From Patescibacteria group bacterium (GTDB lineage: Bacteria; Patescibacteriota; UBA1384; XYA2-FULL-43-10): DNA of 32,000 nucleotides. The stretch spans positions 30,001 through 62,000 of the forward strand of contig JBAYVT010000003.1 of NCBI GenBank assembly GCA_041674405.1. The letters run 5' to 3'. The position numbers were made by a program, and so were the translations under genes. Shown here piece by piece: positions 1 through 8,030 of this stretch (positions within the stretch are counted from its first letter, which is position 1; each line of letters begins with the position of its first letter). The notes beneath the pieces are model-generated. The model saw only the letters and a list, made by a program, of their open reading frames with translations. It was not told where the DNA came from and made no database searches.

Positions 1-2219
1 TTATTATTGAACCCCTCGACCTTGCTCGAGGTAAAAAAGGTATTGACGAATCAAACCGGAAGCGCCTCTTTGATTCTATAGAAAAGGCTCTCGAAGTTTC
101 GGGTGGGAAACTTACCGTTTATAACTTTGAAACCGATAAATCAAAGTTTTATAGCGAGAATTTCGCTTGCGCTACTTGTGGCATTTCAATGCCAGAGTTA
201 GCGCCGCGATCATTTTCTTTTAATTCTCCTCATGGCGCTTGTTCTTATTGCCAAGGACTCGGCACTCGCCGGGAAATTGACCCGAAGTTAGTTTTGCCTA
301 ACCCAAAATTATCAATTCTGGAGGGAGCAATTCGCCCATGGATTCGTTCGACTTCGAATTCAACCTGGTATTTTAGAATTATGGAAGCTGCTGCCCGCGC
401 ACACAAGGTTGACCTTGGTAAACCTATTAAGAACCTGAGCAAAGATGATCTGAGGGTAATTTTATTTGGCACAGGTGAAGAAGAATTCAATGTCCGAGGA
501 TATATTACAAAGTATGAAGGTGTCATACCCAACTTAATGCGACGTTATAAAGAAACTGATTCCGATTATGTAAAACGAGAAATTGAAAAATACATGGTTG
601 TAAAAACTTGTCCATCATGCGGTGGAGCCAGATTGCGTCCGGAAGTATTGGGTGTAAAAATTAATGACAAAAATATTGTTGAAATTTCTCAAATGACGAT
701 TGAAAATTCGGCTGCTTTTTTTGATTCACTTGATAAAAAACTTACTGAGAGTGAAAAAAATATTGCCAAGCAAATTATTAAAGAAATTTCCCAGCGTCTG
801 AATTTCTTAATTAATGTTGGCTTACCATATTTGACCATCGATCGAAATGCTGCCACCCTAGCAGGTGGAGAAGCACAAAGAATTCGCCTGGCAACCCAAA
901 TTGGTTCTGGCCTCATGGGTGTTTTATACATATTGGACGAGCCTTCGATTGGCTTACATCAGCGCGATAACGGAAGGCTTTTGACAACACTTAAAAATCT
1001 AAGAGATCTCGGAAATACCGTTATTGTAGTCGAGCATGATGAGGAAACAATGGAAGAATCAGACTATCTCATTGATATTGGTCCTGGTGCCGGTGAGCAC
1101 GGCGGAAATGTTGTGTGCCAAGGCACACCAAGCGAGGTGAAAAAAATGAATGGATCTGTGACGGCTGATTATCTGTCTGGTAGAAAAAAAATTGACATAC
1201 CTAAAATCCGCAGAAGCGGTTCGGGAAATTTTCTGGAAATTATCGGAGCCGAGGAAAACAACCTTAAAAATATTGACGTGAAAATTCCATTAAACGCTTT
1301 TGTTTGTGTCACAGGGGTCTCGGGTTCAGGCAAATCAACATTGATCAATGATATCCTAGCCAAAGATCTTTCGCATAAATTTCATCGATCTCAAGAACTT
1401 CCTGGAAAACACAAGGAAATAGTTGGATATGAAAATTTGAACAAGATTATCGATATTGATCAGTCTCCAATTGGTAAATCTCCACGCTCCAACCCCGCAA
1501 CTTATACTGGGGCTTTTACCCCAATCAGGGAACTTTTTGCTAGCACCCAGGAAGCAAGAATGCGCGGTTACAGGCCTGGTAGATTCTCCTTTAATGTCAA
1601 AGGTGGACGCTGTGAAAAGTGCCGCGGTGATGGCGTTATTAAAATAGAAATGCACTTTTTGCCCGATGTATATATAACTTGCGAGGAATGTAAGGGCAAA
1701 AGATACAATAAAGAAGCTTTAGAAATTCATTATAAAGGTAAATCGATTGCCGATGTGCTAGATATGACAGTTGAGGCAGCAACAGAATTTTTCAAAAATA
1801 TTCCGAATATATACCAAAAATTTGTGGTCTTAAGTGAAGTTGGTTTGGGCTATGTTAAGCTCGGACAGCCAGCAACAACTCTTTCTGGCGGCGAAGCTCA
1901 GCGAATTAAGCTTGCTACCGAACTTGCTAGGCGCGGAACTGGAAAAACCCTCTACATTCTCGATGAGCCGACAACCGGCTTGCATTTTGATGATGTGGGG
2001 CGGCTTTTGAAAGTTTTGAATGCGCTTGCGGACAAAGGCAATACTGTGCTTGTGATCGAACACAATCTTGATGTAATTAAATCAGCTGACTATATCATAG
2101 ACATGGGCCCAGAAGGCGGGGACAAGGGTGGAAAAGTTATCGCCAAGGGCACTCCCGAAGAAATTGCCAAGTCAGAAATTTCTCATACCGGCACTTATCT
2201 TAAGAAAATATTGAAATAA
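1..2219 (+). CDS. uvrA: excinuclease ABC subunit A, 5'-truncated by window edge
   Basis: Open frame from position 3 (IIEPLDLARGKKGIDESNRKRLFDSIEKAL...) joins the 189..2219 ORF; ABC signature LAGGEAQRIRLATQIGSGLMGVLYILDEPSIGLHQRDN, second Walker A GVSGSGKSTL, zinc cysteines CEKCRGDG/CEECKGKRY, LSGGEAQRIKLATELARR. Confidence 0.98.
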   Translation, partial: IIEPLDLARGKKGIDESNRKRLFDSIEKALEVSGGKLTVYNFETDKSKFYSENFACATCGISMPELAPRSFSFNSPHGACSYCQGLGTRREIDPKLVLPNPKLSILEGAIRPWIRSTSNSTWYFRIMEAAARAHKVDLGKPIKNLSKDDLRVILFGTGEEEFNVRGYITKYEGVIPNLMRRYKETDSDYVKREIEKYMVVKTCPSCGGARLRPEVLGVKINDKNIVEISQMTIENSAAFFDSLDKKLTESEKNIAKQIIKEISQRLNFLINVGLPYLTIDRNAATLAGGEAQRIRLATQIGSGLMGVLYILDEPSIGLHQRDNGRLLTTLKNLRDLGNTVIVVEHDEETMEESDYLIDIGPGAGEHGGNVVCQGTPSEVKKMNGSVTADYLSGRKKIDIPKIRRSGSGNFLEIIGAEENNLKNIDVKIPLNAFVCVTGVSGSGKSTLINDILAKDLSHKFHRSQELPGKHKEIVGYENLNKIIDIDQSPIGKSPRSNPATYTGAFTPIRELFASTQEARMRGYRPGRFSFNVKGGRCEKCRGDGVIKIEMHFLPDVYITCEECKGKRYNKEALEIHYKGKSIADVLDMTVEAATEFFKNIPNIYQKFVVLSEVGLGYVKLGQPATTLSGGEAQRIKLATELARRGTGKTLYILDEPTTGLHFDDVGRLLKVLNALADKGNTVLVIEHNLDVIKSADYIIDMGPEGGDKGGKVIAKGTPEEIAKSEISHTGTYLKKILK

Positions 2220-2237
2220 TTTTTCTGAAATTAAAAA

Positions 2238-2275
2238 TGTAGGAAAATCGCCACGATCGCGATAAAATTCCTACA
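2238..2275. repeat. 38-bp palindromic element A (family YGTA-N10-CRCGRYCGYG-N10-TACR)
   Basis: TGTA GGAAAATCGC CACGATCGCG ATAAAATTCC TACA; outer arms AAAAATGTAGGAA/TTCCTACATTTTT (2233-2245/2268-2280) match exactly; centre at 2256.5. Confidence 0.8.
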
Positions 2276-2304
2276 TTTTTATTTGAAATAGATATTGCCC
2301 ACAT

Positions 2305-2332
2305 TTGCTAAATAAATTTTTATCTGTATAAT
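2305..2332 (+). promoter_or_regulatory. putative sigma70-type promoter for HAD-cupin gene
   Basis: TTGCTA (2305-2310) - 16 bp - TATAAT (2327-2332), followed immediately by tandem TTATCGTATA x2 (2333-2352). Confidence 0.55.
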
Positions 2333-2376
2333 TTATCGTATATTATCGTATAAGTTATACTTTTAGGATCAAAATA

Positions 2377-3453
2377 ATGGAAATCAAAAAACAAACTTAC
2401 ATTTTTTATGATGTGGACGGCACATTGGCACAGCCCTTTCAGTCACCTCCAGAGAAATTAAAAAAGGTGATAAAAGGTATAGACAAGGCGGGAATAAAAC
2501 AAATTCTTTGTTCCGGAAAGAACAAAGAATATTTGGCCGGAATGGCGCGCAGCCTCGGAATTGAAAGTACTTCGCATATAATTGCTGAAAATGGCGGCGT
2601 CATTTACGATTGGCGGAAGATGAAAATTCATTATAAAAATCCGGATGGAGAAAAAGTCAGAAAACATAAAGAGAAAATTTTGTCCGAAATCAAAGGCAAT
2701 AAATTTGCCGAGGAAGCAAAAGAAACTATTGTTACCATATTTATGGAAGATCTTGATAAAACTCCGGCGTTAGCAAAGAGGATTACTAAAGCGTTAAATG
2801 ATCCAGACTTAGCTATTAAACACTACAAAGACGGGGCGATTGACGTTTTCCATTCAAAGGTGAACAAGGGTAAGGCCCTGGAATATTATTTTAAAAATTT
2901 GACTGAGTCATCCGATGCACAAGTTTTCACATTTGGAGATGGTGTCAACGATCTTGAGATGCTCGAGTTTGGAACCCCTGTAACATTTGCTGATGCCCAC
3001 CCGGAAGTGATAAGGGCAGTAAAAAATCGAAATGGACTTGTCTCAGAAAAAGATGGCCCTGATGGCGCAGTCGAGGCTCTATCCAATTTATCTTCGGACG
3101 GGCTGCTCCCGGAGGCCTTCAACCACATCGGATTTGCTTATCGTCCCTGGGGCAGCTGGGAGGTTTTGTCAACCGGTGACGGATTCAAGGTAAAGAAAAT
3201 GGTTGTAAAACCTGGCCTTAAATTAAGTTTACAGAAACATAAACATCGATCTGAACACTGGTTTGTTTTTGAGGGCACTGCAACCGTTACACTAAATGGT
3301 TCTACCCTTAAAATTAACCACGGTAATGACATTTACATCCGAAAAGAAGCGATACATCGCGTTAGCAATAGGGGCAAATCTGATTTGGTAATCATAGAGG
3401 TCCAACGGGGTAAGTATTTAGGCGAAGATGACATTGTGAAAATTAAAGAATAA
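2377..3453 (+). CDS. HAD-superfamily phosphatase (Cof/phosphomannomutase-like) fused to mannose-6-phosphate isomerase type II-like cupin
   Basis: HAD motif I FYDVDGTLA and motif IV FGDGVNDLEM; C-terminus RPWGSWEVLSTGDGFKVKKMVVKPGLKLSLQKHKHRSEHWFVFEGTATVTLNG...HRVSN...GKYLGEDDIVKI resembles the cupin of ManC/AlgA-type bifunctional enzymes. Confidence 0.85.
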   Translation: MEIKKQTYIFYDVDGTLAQPFQSPPEKLKKVIKGIDKAGIKQILCSGKNKEYLAGMARSLGIESTSHIIAENGGVIYDWRKMKIHYKNPDGEKVRKHKEKILSEIKGNKFAEEAKETIVTIFMEDLDKTPALAKRITKALNDPDLAIKHYKDGAIDVFHSKVNKGKALEYYFKNLTESSDAQVFTFGDGVNDLEMLEFGTPVTFADAHPEVIRAVKNRNGLVSEKDGPDGAVEALSNLSSDGLLPEAFNHIGFAYRPWGSWEVLSTGDGFKVKKMVVKPGLKLSLQKHKHRSEHWFVFEGTATVTLNGSTLKINHGNDIYIRKEAIHRVSNRGKSDLVIIEVQRGKYLGEDDIVKIKE

Positions 3454-3464
3454 ATGTACTAGAT

Positions 3465-3502
3465 TTATCCACATTGCATGTTCGGTATTTGTTCGGTATA
3501 GT
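3465..3502 (+). promoter_or_regulatory. putative promoter with abutting DnaA-box-like sequence
   Basis: TTATCCACA (3465-3473), TTGCAT (3474-3479), 17 bp, TATAGT (3497-3502); ATG begins 6 nt after the -10. Direct repeat GTTCGGTAT inside the spacer/-10 region. Confidence 0.5.
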
Positions 3503-3508
3503 TCTAGC

Positions 3509-4738
3509 ATGGACCTAAAGAAAAAACCCAAAGATTTTTCAACTCTTTTTCTCGATATGAACGCTTATTTTGCCTCTATTGAGCAGCAGGTCAACCCACC
3601 TCTTCGCGGCCAACCTGTCGGTATCACGCCCTATACCGGCCCAACCGGCTGCGTAATTGCGCGTTCATACGAGGCCAAGGATTGGGGAGTGGGGACGGGG
3701 GACCTGGTCCGCGATGCTAGAAAAAAATGCCCCAAAATCCAAATTATCGAGGCACGACCAGCGCTTTATCAGCTCTATCACCGGGAAATTTTGAAAGTTT
3801 TGAAGGCTCACTCTCCGTATGTCACTCCCCTTTCGATTGACGAATTCTTAATTCATCTTACGGGCAGTGATTGTTCAGAAGTAAATTCGCTCAAGATGGC
3901 GGAAAGTCTGAAGAACGGAATCACAAAAAGTGGCGACTACCTAAAGTGTTCAATCGGTATCGGTCCAAATTATTTTCTTTCAAAGGTAGCCGGAGAGTCA
4001 AAAAAACCAGACGGCCTTACTGTTATAAAGTTAAATAAACTAGATGAATTTTACAAACATTTAAGATTGCGTGATTTACCAGGAATTAATCACAGAATGG
4101 AAGCCCAGCTAGCGCATCGTGGTATATACTCATCTTCTGATTTTTTTCAAGCAAATTTAGTTTCCATGTCGCGAATGTTCGGCCACATTGGCAAAACCTG
4201 GTATTACCGATTGCGTGGATATAATATTGATGAATTTGAAGTCAAGACTAAAACCATCGGGCACTCGCATGTTTTACCACCGGATTTCAGGACTCGTAAT
4301 CAAGCAGTGGCAGTGATCGAAAAATTAGTAGCAAAATCCGGCTATCGGCTTCGCAATCAGGGCTACTTTGCTGCCGGGGTTGCTATTTCTGTTGGTTTTA
4401 TGGAAGGCGGAGGGTTTCACAAGACCAAAAAGTGCACCGCTTTTTCTGATAATCGGACATTTCTCCTGGAAGTAAAAAGTCTACTTAAAAATTGCCAAAT
4501 TTGGCGCACACCGCTTTATGTTGCCGTCTCTGCCTTCAATTTATCTCGGCAGACGGGGCGGCAAATCTCGATCTTTTCAGAAATAGAGCGTTCACGACGG
4601 ATTTCCGAAGCGATGGATGAGGTGAATGATGAGTTTGGTGCAAGCACGCTGTTTACCGGCTCGCTTTTCCCCGCAAAAGACACAGCGCCTGATCGCATTC
4701 CATTTGGGAGAGTAAGATATGAAATACTCAATTTTTGA
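3509..4738 (+). CDS. Y-family DNA polymerase (DinB/ImuB/UmuC-like)
   Basis: LFLDMNAYFASIEQQ near the N-terminus, CVIARSYEAKDWGV, LSIDEFLIHL catalytic motif, SIGIGPNYFLSKVAGESKKPDGLTV, DLPGI helix-hairpin-helix. Confidence 0.9.
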   Translation: MDLKKKPKDFSTLFLDMNAYFASIEQQVNPPLRGQPVGITPYTGPTGCVIARSYEAKDWGVGTGDLVRDARKKCPKIQIIEARPALYQLYHREILKVLKAHSPYVTPLSIDEFLIHLTGSDCSEVNSLKMAESLKNGITKSGDYLKCSIGIGPNYFLSKVAGESKKPDGLTVIKLNKLDEFYKHLRLRDLPGINHRMEAQLAHRGIYSSSDFFQANLVSMSRMFGHIGKTWYYRLRGYNIDEFEVKTKTIGHSHVLPPDFRTRNQAVAVIEKLVAKSGYRLRNQGYFAAGVAISVGFMEGGGFHKTKKCTAFSDNRTFLLEVKSLLKNCQIWRTPLYVAVSAFNLSRQTGRQISIFSEIERSRRISEAMDEVNDEFGASTLFTGSLFPAKDTAPDRIPFGRVRYEILNF

Positions 4739-4850
4739 GTATTTCATAAAATTTAAATCCCAAACTAGGATTTAGGGGTTAGAATTTTGCTTTTTGTTAT
4801 TTTATGAACTAGAATATGGTTGAAATATTAAATCTAAACGCGGAGGTAAC

Positions 4851-5186
4851 ATGGGGAATGTTCATTTTGGCAGGTGGGCGTTTGTCGCTGGAATGGTATT
4901 GGCAGTAGCAGCAGGATTTTTCACAATTCCGTATGTTCTTACAATTTTGGCAATCTTGGGTTTGGTTGTAGGATTTATGAATATACGCGCCAGAGAATCC
5001 GAAAGATATTTAATTGCCGTAATTGCTCTCCTTATTATGGGTACTGGAATTTTAGAAGCGCTGTCTGCACTGGGTTCGCTTTATGGCCTTGGCGAATCAA
5101 TCCTAACTAATCTGATTTCATTTATAGGCGCCTCCGGTTTGGTGGTTGCAGTAAAACAAGTTGTCACAATGGGACAAGGCGAGTAA
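4851..5186 (+). CDS. small hypothetical membrane protein
   Basis: 111 aa hydrophobic ORF; SD GGAGG at the expected spacing before ATG; followed by a perfect terminator-like hairpin. Confidence 0.75.
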   Translation: MGNVHFGRWAFVAGMVLAVAAGFFTIPYVLTILAILGLVVGFMNIRARESERYLIAVIALLIMGTGILEALSALGSLYGLGESILTNLISFIGASGLVVAVKQVVTMGQGE

Positions 5187-5202
5187 AATCACGTCAATTT
5201 AG

Positions 5203-5228
5203 AAAAAAGGATCAGCTGATCCTTTTTT
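5203..5228 (+). terminator. intrinsic terminator, possibly bidirectional
   Basis: AAAAAAGGATCAGCTGATCCTTTTTT, perfect palindrome 17 bp after a stop codon. Confidence 0.75.
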
Positions 5229-5259
5229 CTTTTTCACAAGATCGATATAATATTTGCAC

Positions 5260-5745
5260 ATGACTATCACAATATTTATTCTACTTTTGTTGTTTCTTCT
5301 TGCCGGAATCGCCGGCACGTTTTTGGTGGTTTTACCGGGAATTCCTTTTATGTTCATTACAGTCCTTGCCTATGCAATTTTTGACCGCTTCCATCGAATA
5401 ACCGGGTGGAACATACTTTTTTTTGCCGCTTTGACCTTAGCCTCATTATTCATTGATTATCTTTCGGGGATTATGGGTGCAAAACTTTTTGGTGCTTCAA
5501 AATACGGCACGATTGGAGGAATTATCGGCGGATTAATTGGTCTTTTTGTCTTTCCACCATTTGGAATTTTCATTGGAATGTTTCTGGGAGTGATAATTTT
5601 CGAGGTAATGCTTTCAAAAAAATCAGTCACGAAATCAGTAAAATCCGGCACCGGATCGATATTGGGCTCCATCGCCGGCATTGTCATCAACCTGATAATT
5701 GCCCTGGCATTCCTCGTCAGTTTTATAGTTCTATATTGGAAATAA
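5260..5745 (+). CDS. DUF456-like membrane protein
   Basis: Small membrane protein with GTFLVVLPGIPFMFITVLAY...YLSGIMGAKLFGASKYGTIGGIIGGLIGLFVFPPFGIFIGMFLG. The ORF track starts at a TTG at 5254; ATG at 5260 is preferred here. Confidence 0.8.
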   Translation: MTITIFILLLLFLLAGIAGTFLVVLPGIPFMFITVLAYAIFDRFHRITGWNILFFAALTLASLFIDYLSGIMGAKLFGASKYGTIGGIIGGLIGLFVFPPFGIFIGMFLGVIIFEVMLSKKSVTKSVKSGTGSILGSIAGIVINLIIALAFLVSFIVLYWK

Positions 5746-6383
5746 TGTCGAAAGATTATTTACAACTTAATAAAGAAACCTACGATCGCCTTGCAAAAGA
5801 ATTCCAGGATAAGATTGGAAGCCGTCTGTCCTCCGACAAAAGAGTCGTTGAGAGGTTTGTTTCATTTTTACCGACACCGAGCAGTAACATCAATATCTTG
5901 GATATTGGACCAGGCAATGGAAATATGAGCATGCTGCTATCTGAGCTGGGTTATAATGTAACGGCTATTGAAATTTCGCCAGAGATGACCCGAGTTGCTT
6001 CAAACAACGCACCCAAGGCAAAAATAATTACAGATGATTTCTTGAGCCACCAATTTGATAAAAGTTTTACGGGAATATTGGCAATTGCCTTTATCCATCT
6101 TTTTCCGAAACAAGACTTATTTAGGGTATTAAATAAAATAAAAGATTTACTAGAAAATGATGGAAAGGTTTATTTTTCTACAACTAAGCATCGGAATTCC
6201 GAGGAAGGGATGTTTTCAAAAAATAATTTCAAGGATAAATCAAAACGGTTTAGGCATAAATTTACAAAAGAAGAGCTCTGGGAGCAGTTAGAAAAAATAG
6301 GATTTAGAATAATTGATTATTCTGAAGATATAGGTTGTGAAGAAGAAAATAAAATTTGGATGAATTTCATCGTTTCAAAATAG
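5736..6383 (+). CDS. class I SAM-dependent methyltransferase
   Basis: NILDIGPGNGNMSMLLSELGYNVTAIEISPEM motif I; overlaps the end of the upstream gene. Confidence 0.88.
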   Translation: MEIMSKDYLQLNKETYDRLAKEFQDKIGSRLSSDKRVVERFVSFLPTPSSNINILDIGPGNGNMSMLLSELGYNVTAIEISPEMTRVASNNAPKAKIITDDFLSHQFDKSFTGILAIAFIHLFPKQDLFRVLNKIKDLLENDGKVYFSTTKHRNSEEGMFSKNNFKDKSKRFRHKFTKEELWEQLEKIGFRIIDYSEDIGCEEENKIWMNFIVSK

Positions 6384-6385
6384 AT

Positions 6386-7138
6386 TTATCTTAGTGTCCA
6401 GCCACCGTCTACAATAATGGTTTGGCCAGTGATGTAGTCAGCTTTGCCTGAAGAAAGAAAAACAGCCAAATTTGCAATATCTTCCGGCTGGCCCATGCGT
6501 GCCAACGGAATGGCCGAGATAGTTTGTTGTTTTGTTGTATCGTCTGATTTTGCACCTGGGGTTTCAATCGCACCCGGAGCTACTGCATTCACATTTATCT
6601 TTTTTGGCGCAAGCTCGACCGCAATAGCGCGGATAGAGGCATTGATACCCCCTTTTGTTGCGCAATAGTGAGCAAGTCCGGAAAATCCAACGAAGCCAGC
6701 AATTGAAGAGATGTCAACAATTTTACCTCCGTTCACCATTTTCTCTGCTGCTGCCTGAGTACAAAGGAATGTTCCCTTCAGATTTACCGCCATTACCTTA
6801 TCCCAATCCTCCTCTGTAAGCTCGAAAAATGGCTTCATGGGGTATATGCCGGCATTATTAACTAAAATATCAAGCTTACCAAATTCAGAGATGGCTGCTT
6901 CAATCATTTTGTCTACGTCAGCCTTGCTCGAGACATCGGTTTTTATTGATTTTGTTACATATCCTTGCGAATTTAACTTTTGTGCGCTCTCGGCAGCGGC
7001 CTCTTCGTTCATGTCAGCAATTAAAACTTTAGCGCCAGATCTTGCTAATCGTTCAGTAATGCCCAGACCAATCCCCATTGCCCCGCCTGTTACGATGGCA
7101 ACCTTATCTGTTAGGTCGATGAATTTATCCACTTCCAT
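6386..7138 (-). CDS. SDR-family NAD(P)-dependent oxidoreductase (FabG-like)
   Basis: VAIVTGGAMGIGLGITERLA, NNAGIYP, SSIAGFVGFSGLAHYCATKGG (Ser/YxxxK), Gly-rich FabG-like C-terminus ITGQTIIVDGGW; GGAGG SD upstream. Confidence 0.95.
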   Translation of the reverse strand: MEVDKFIDLTDKVAIVTGGAMGIGLGITERLARSGAKVLIADMNEEAAAESAQKLNSQGYVTKSIKTDVSSKADVDKMIEAAISEFGKLDILVNNAGIYPMKPFFELTEEDWDKVMAVNLKGTFLCTQAAAEKMVNGGKIVDISSIAGFVGFSGLAHYCATKGGINASIRAIAVELAPKKINVNAVAPGAIETPGAKSDDTTKQQTISAIPLARMGQPEDIANLAVFLSSGKADYITGQTIIVDGGWTLR

Positions 7139-7257
7139 ATATCCTCCGTGTTAATATTCCAGATCATTATATATCCAAAATATATTTTTCGCCATGTACA
7201 TTCTCGGGTTTGTCGTTCAAAAACAAAGCACATAAGTTAATATTGATAGCAAAAAAA

Positions 7258-7295
7258 CGTAACAATTCTTCCGCGACCGCGTAAAAAGTGTTACG
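7258..7295. repeat. 38-bp palindromic element B
   Basis: CGTA ACAATTCTTC CGCGACCGCG TAAAAAGTGT TACG; centre 7276.5; its right end abuts the stop codon region of the 7298..7894 gene; flanked by A7 on the left and T4 on the right. Confidence 0.8.
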
Positions 7296-7297
7296 TT

Positions 7298-7894
7298 TTA
7301 TTCTGAGATCAAATCTTCCTTAAACAAAATTCCACGATCAATGAATTCTTCAATAATATTTTGTTCTCCCTGAAAAATTTCCGAGATCATAATTACGACA
7401 TTTTCAGAAACTCCAAGCCTTTCAGATAATTCCGATATCTCCCGCGTGCATTCAAACGGATAAACATGCACGCTTTTTTGAATCTGAATAAAGCCAGCGT
7501 TTTTAATTGCTTTACGAAAAATATCTCTCTCATCCCGCATCTTCTCGGGAATATCAAATATTACAACTCTCCATTTTCGATCCCAAATCTCCGATCGTTT
7601 CACCCGAATATCAAAAGTCATTATTTTTTTGATATGGTTAATTCCCCTGGGTGTAATTTCAAGATATTTTTCTTTATCCCGGGTAAATGATTCAATATAT
7701 CCGTGCTTTTTGAGATAATAGATCTTTTGGCGTAGATTGATTTTAGAATTTTCGATTTCATCTTTTGCTGCCATAGCTGATTTTCTATAAACGGGGCTTG
7801 CTTCAAAAAAAGGCATAACCGTGGCATCGAATAATGCTAAAAGAATCTCTTTCGCGCTCAATTTTGCAATTTCTAAACTTTCTCTTTTTAACAT
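7298..7894 (-). CDS. winged-HTH + PaaX-C/Cas2-like domain protein (putative regulator or nuclease-fold protein)
   Basis: N-terminal wHTH-like region (NLRQKIYYLKKHGYIESFTRDKEKYLEITPRG); C-terminal WRVVIFDIPEKMRDERDIFRKAIKNAGFIQIQKSVHVYPF resembles the Cas2/PaaX-C pattern. The ORF track starts at 7972; ATG at 7894 (MLKRESLEIAK) is the better start. Confidence 0.75.
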   Translation of the reverse strand: MLKRESLEIAKLSAKEILLALFDATVMPFFEASPVYRKSAMAAKDEIENSKINLRQKIYYLKKHGYIESFTRDKEKYLEITPRGINHIKKIMTFDIRVKRSEIWDRKWRVVIFDIPEKMRDERDIFRKAIKNAGFIQIQKSVHVYPFECTREISELSERLGVSENVVIMISEIFQGEQNIIEEFIDRGILFKEDLISE

Positions 7895-7895
7895 T

Positions 7896-7933
7896 TGTAA
7901 CAATTTTATCACGATCGTGATAAAATTGTTACA
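7896..7933. repeat. 38-bp palindromic element C (perfect)
   Basis: TGTAACAATTTTATCACGATCGTGATAAAATTGTTACA; every base pairs with its mirror; centre 7914.5; ends 1 bp before the start codon of the minus-strand gene. Confidence 0.95.
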
Positions 7934-7963
7934 TTTTTGTTTTAGATCATTTGGATTATTATG

Positions 7964-7992
7964 TTGACACAAAAATAGCTTTGAACGATAAT
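7964..7992 (+). promoter_or_regulatory. sigma70-type promoter
   Basis: TTGACA (7964-7969) - 17 bp - GATAAT (7987-7992); strong SD AGGAGGG at 8017-8023 before ATG 8031. Confidence 0.8.
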
Positions 7993-8030
7993 GGTATTAG
8001 CGAATTATTCTTGATTAGGAGGGAATTTTC

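Noticed and set aside
3465-3473. oriC candidate from DnaA-box consensus
   Set aside because: Only two consensus boxes were seen, about 21.6 kb apart (3465, 25102), with no cluster, AT-rich unwinding element or dnaA/dnaN neighbour.
5203-5228. Additional member of the 38-bp palindrome family
   Set aside because: The centre is CAGCTG, it lacks the GTA/TAC anchors and the CGRYCG core, and it behaves as a normal terminator with A/T tracts.
7298-7894. Possible CRISPR-Cas remnant because of the Cas2-like domain
   Set aside because: No repeat-spacer array, no Cas1 or effector gene in the window; PaaX-C and similar regulators share this fold, so a CRISPR call is unsupported.
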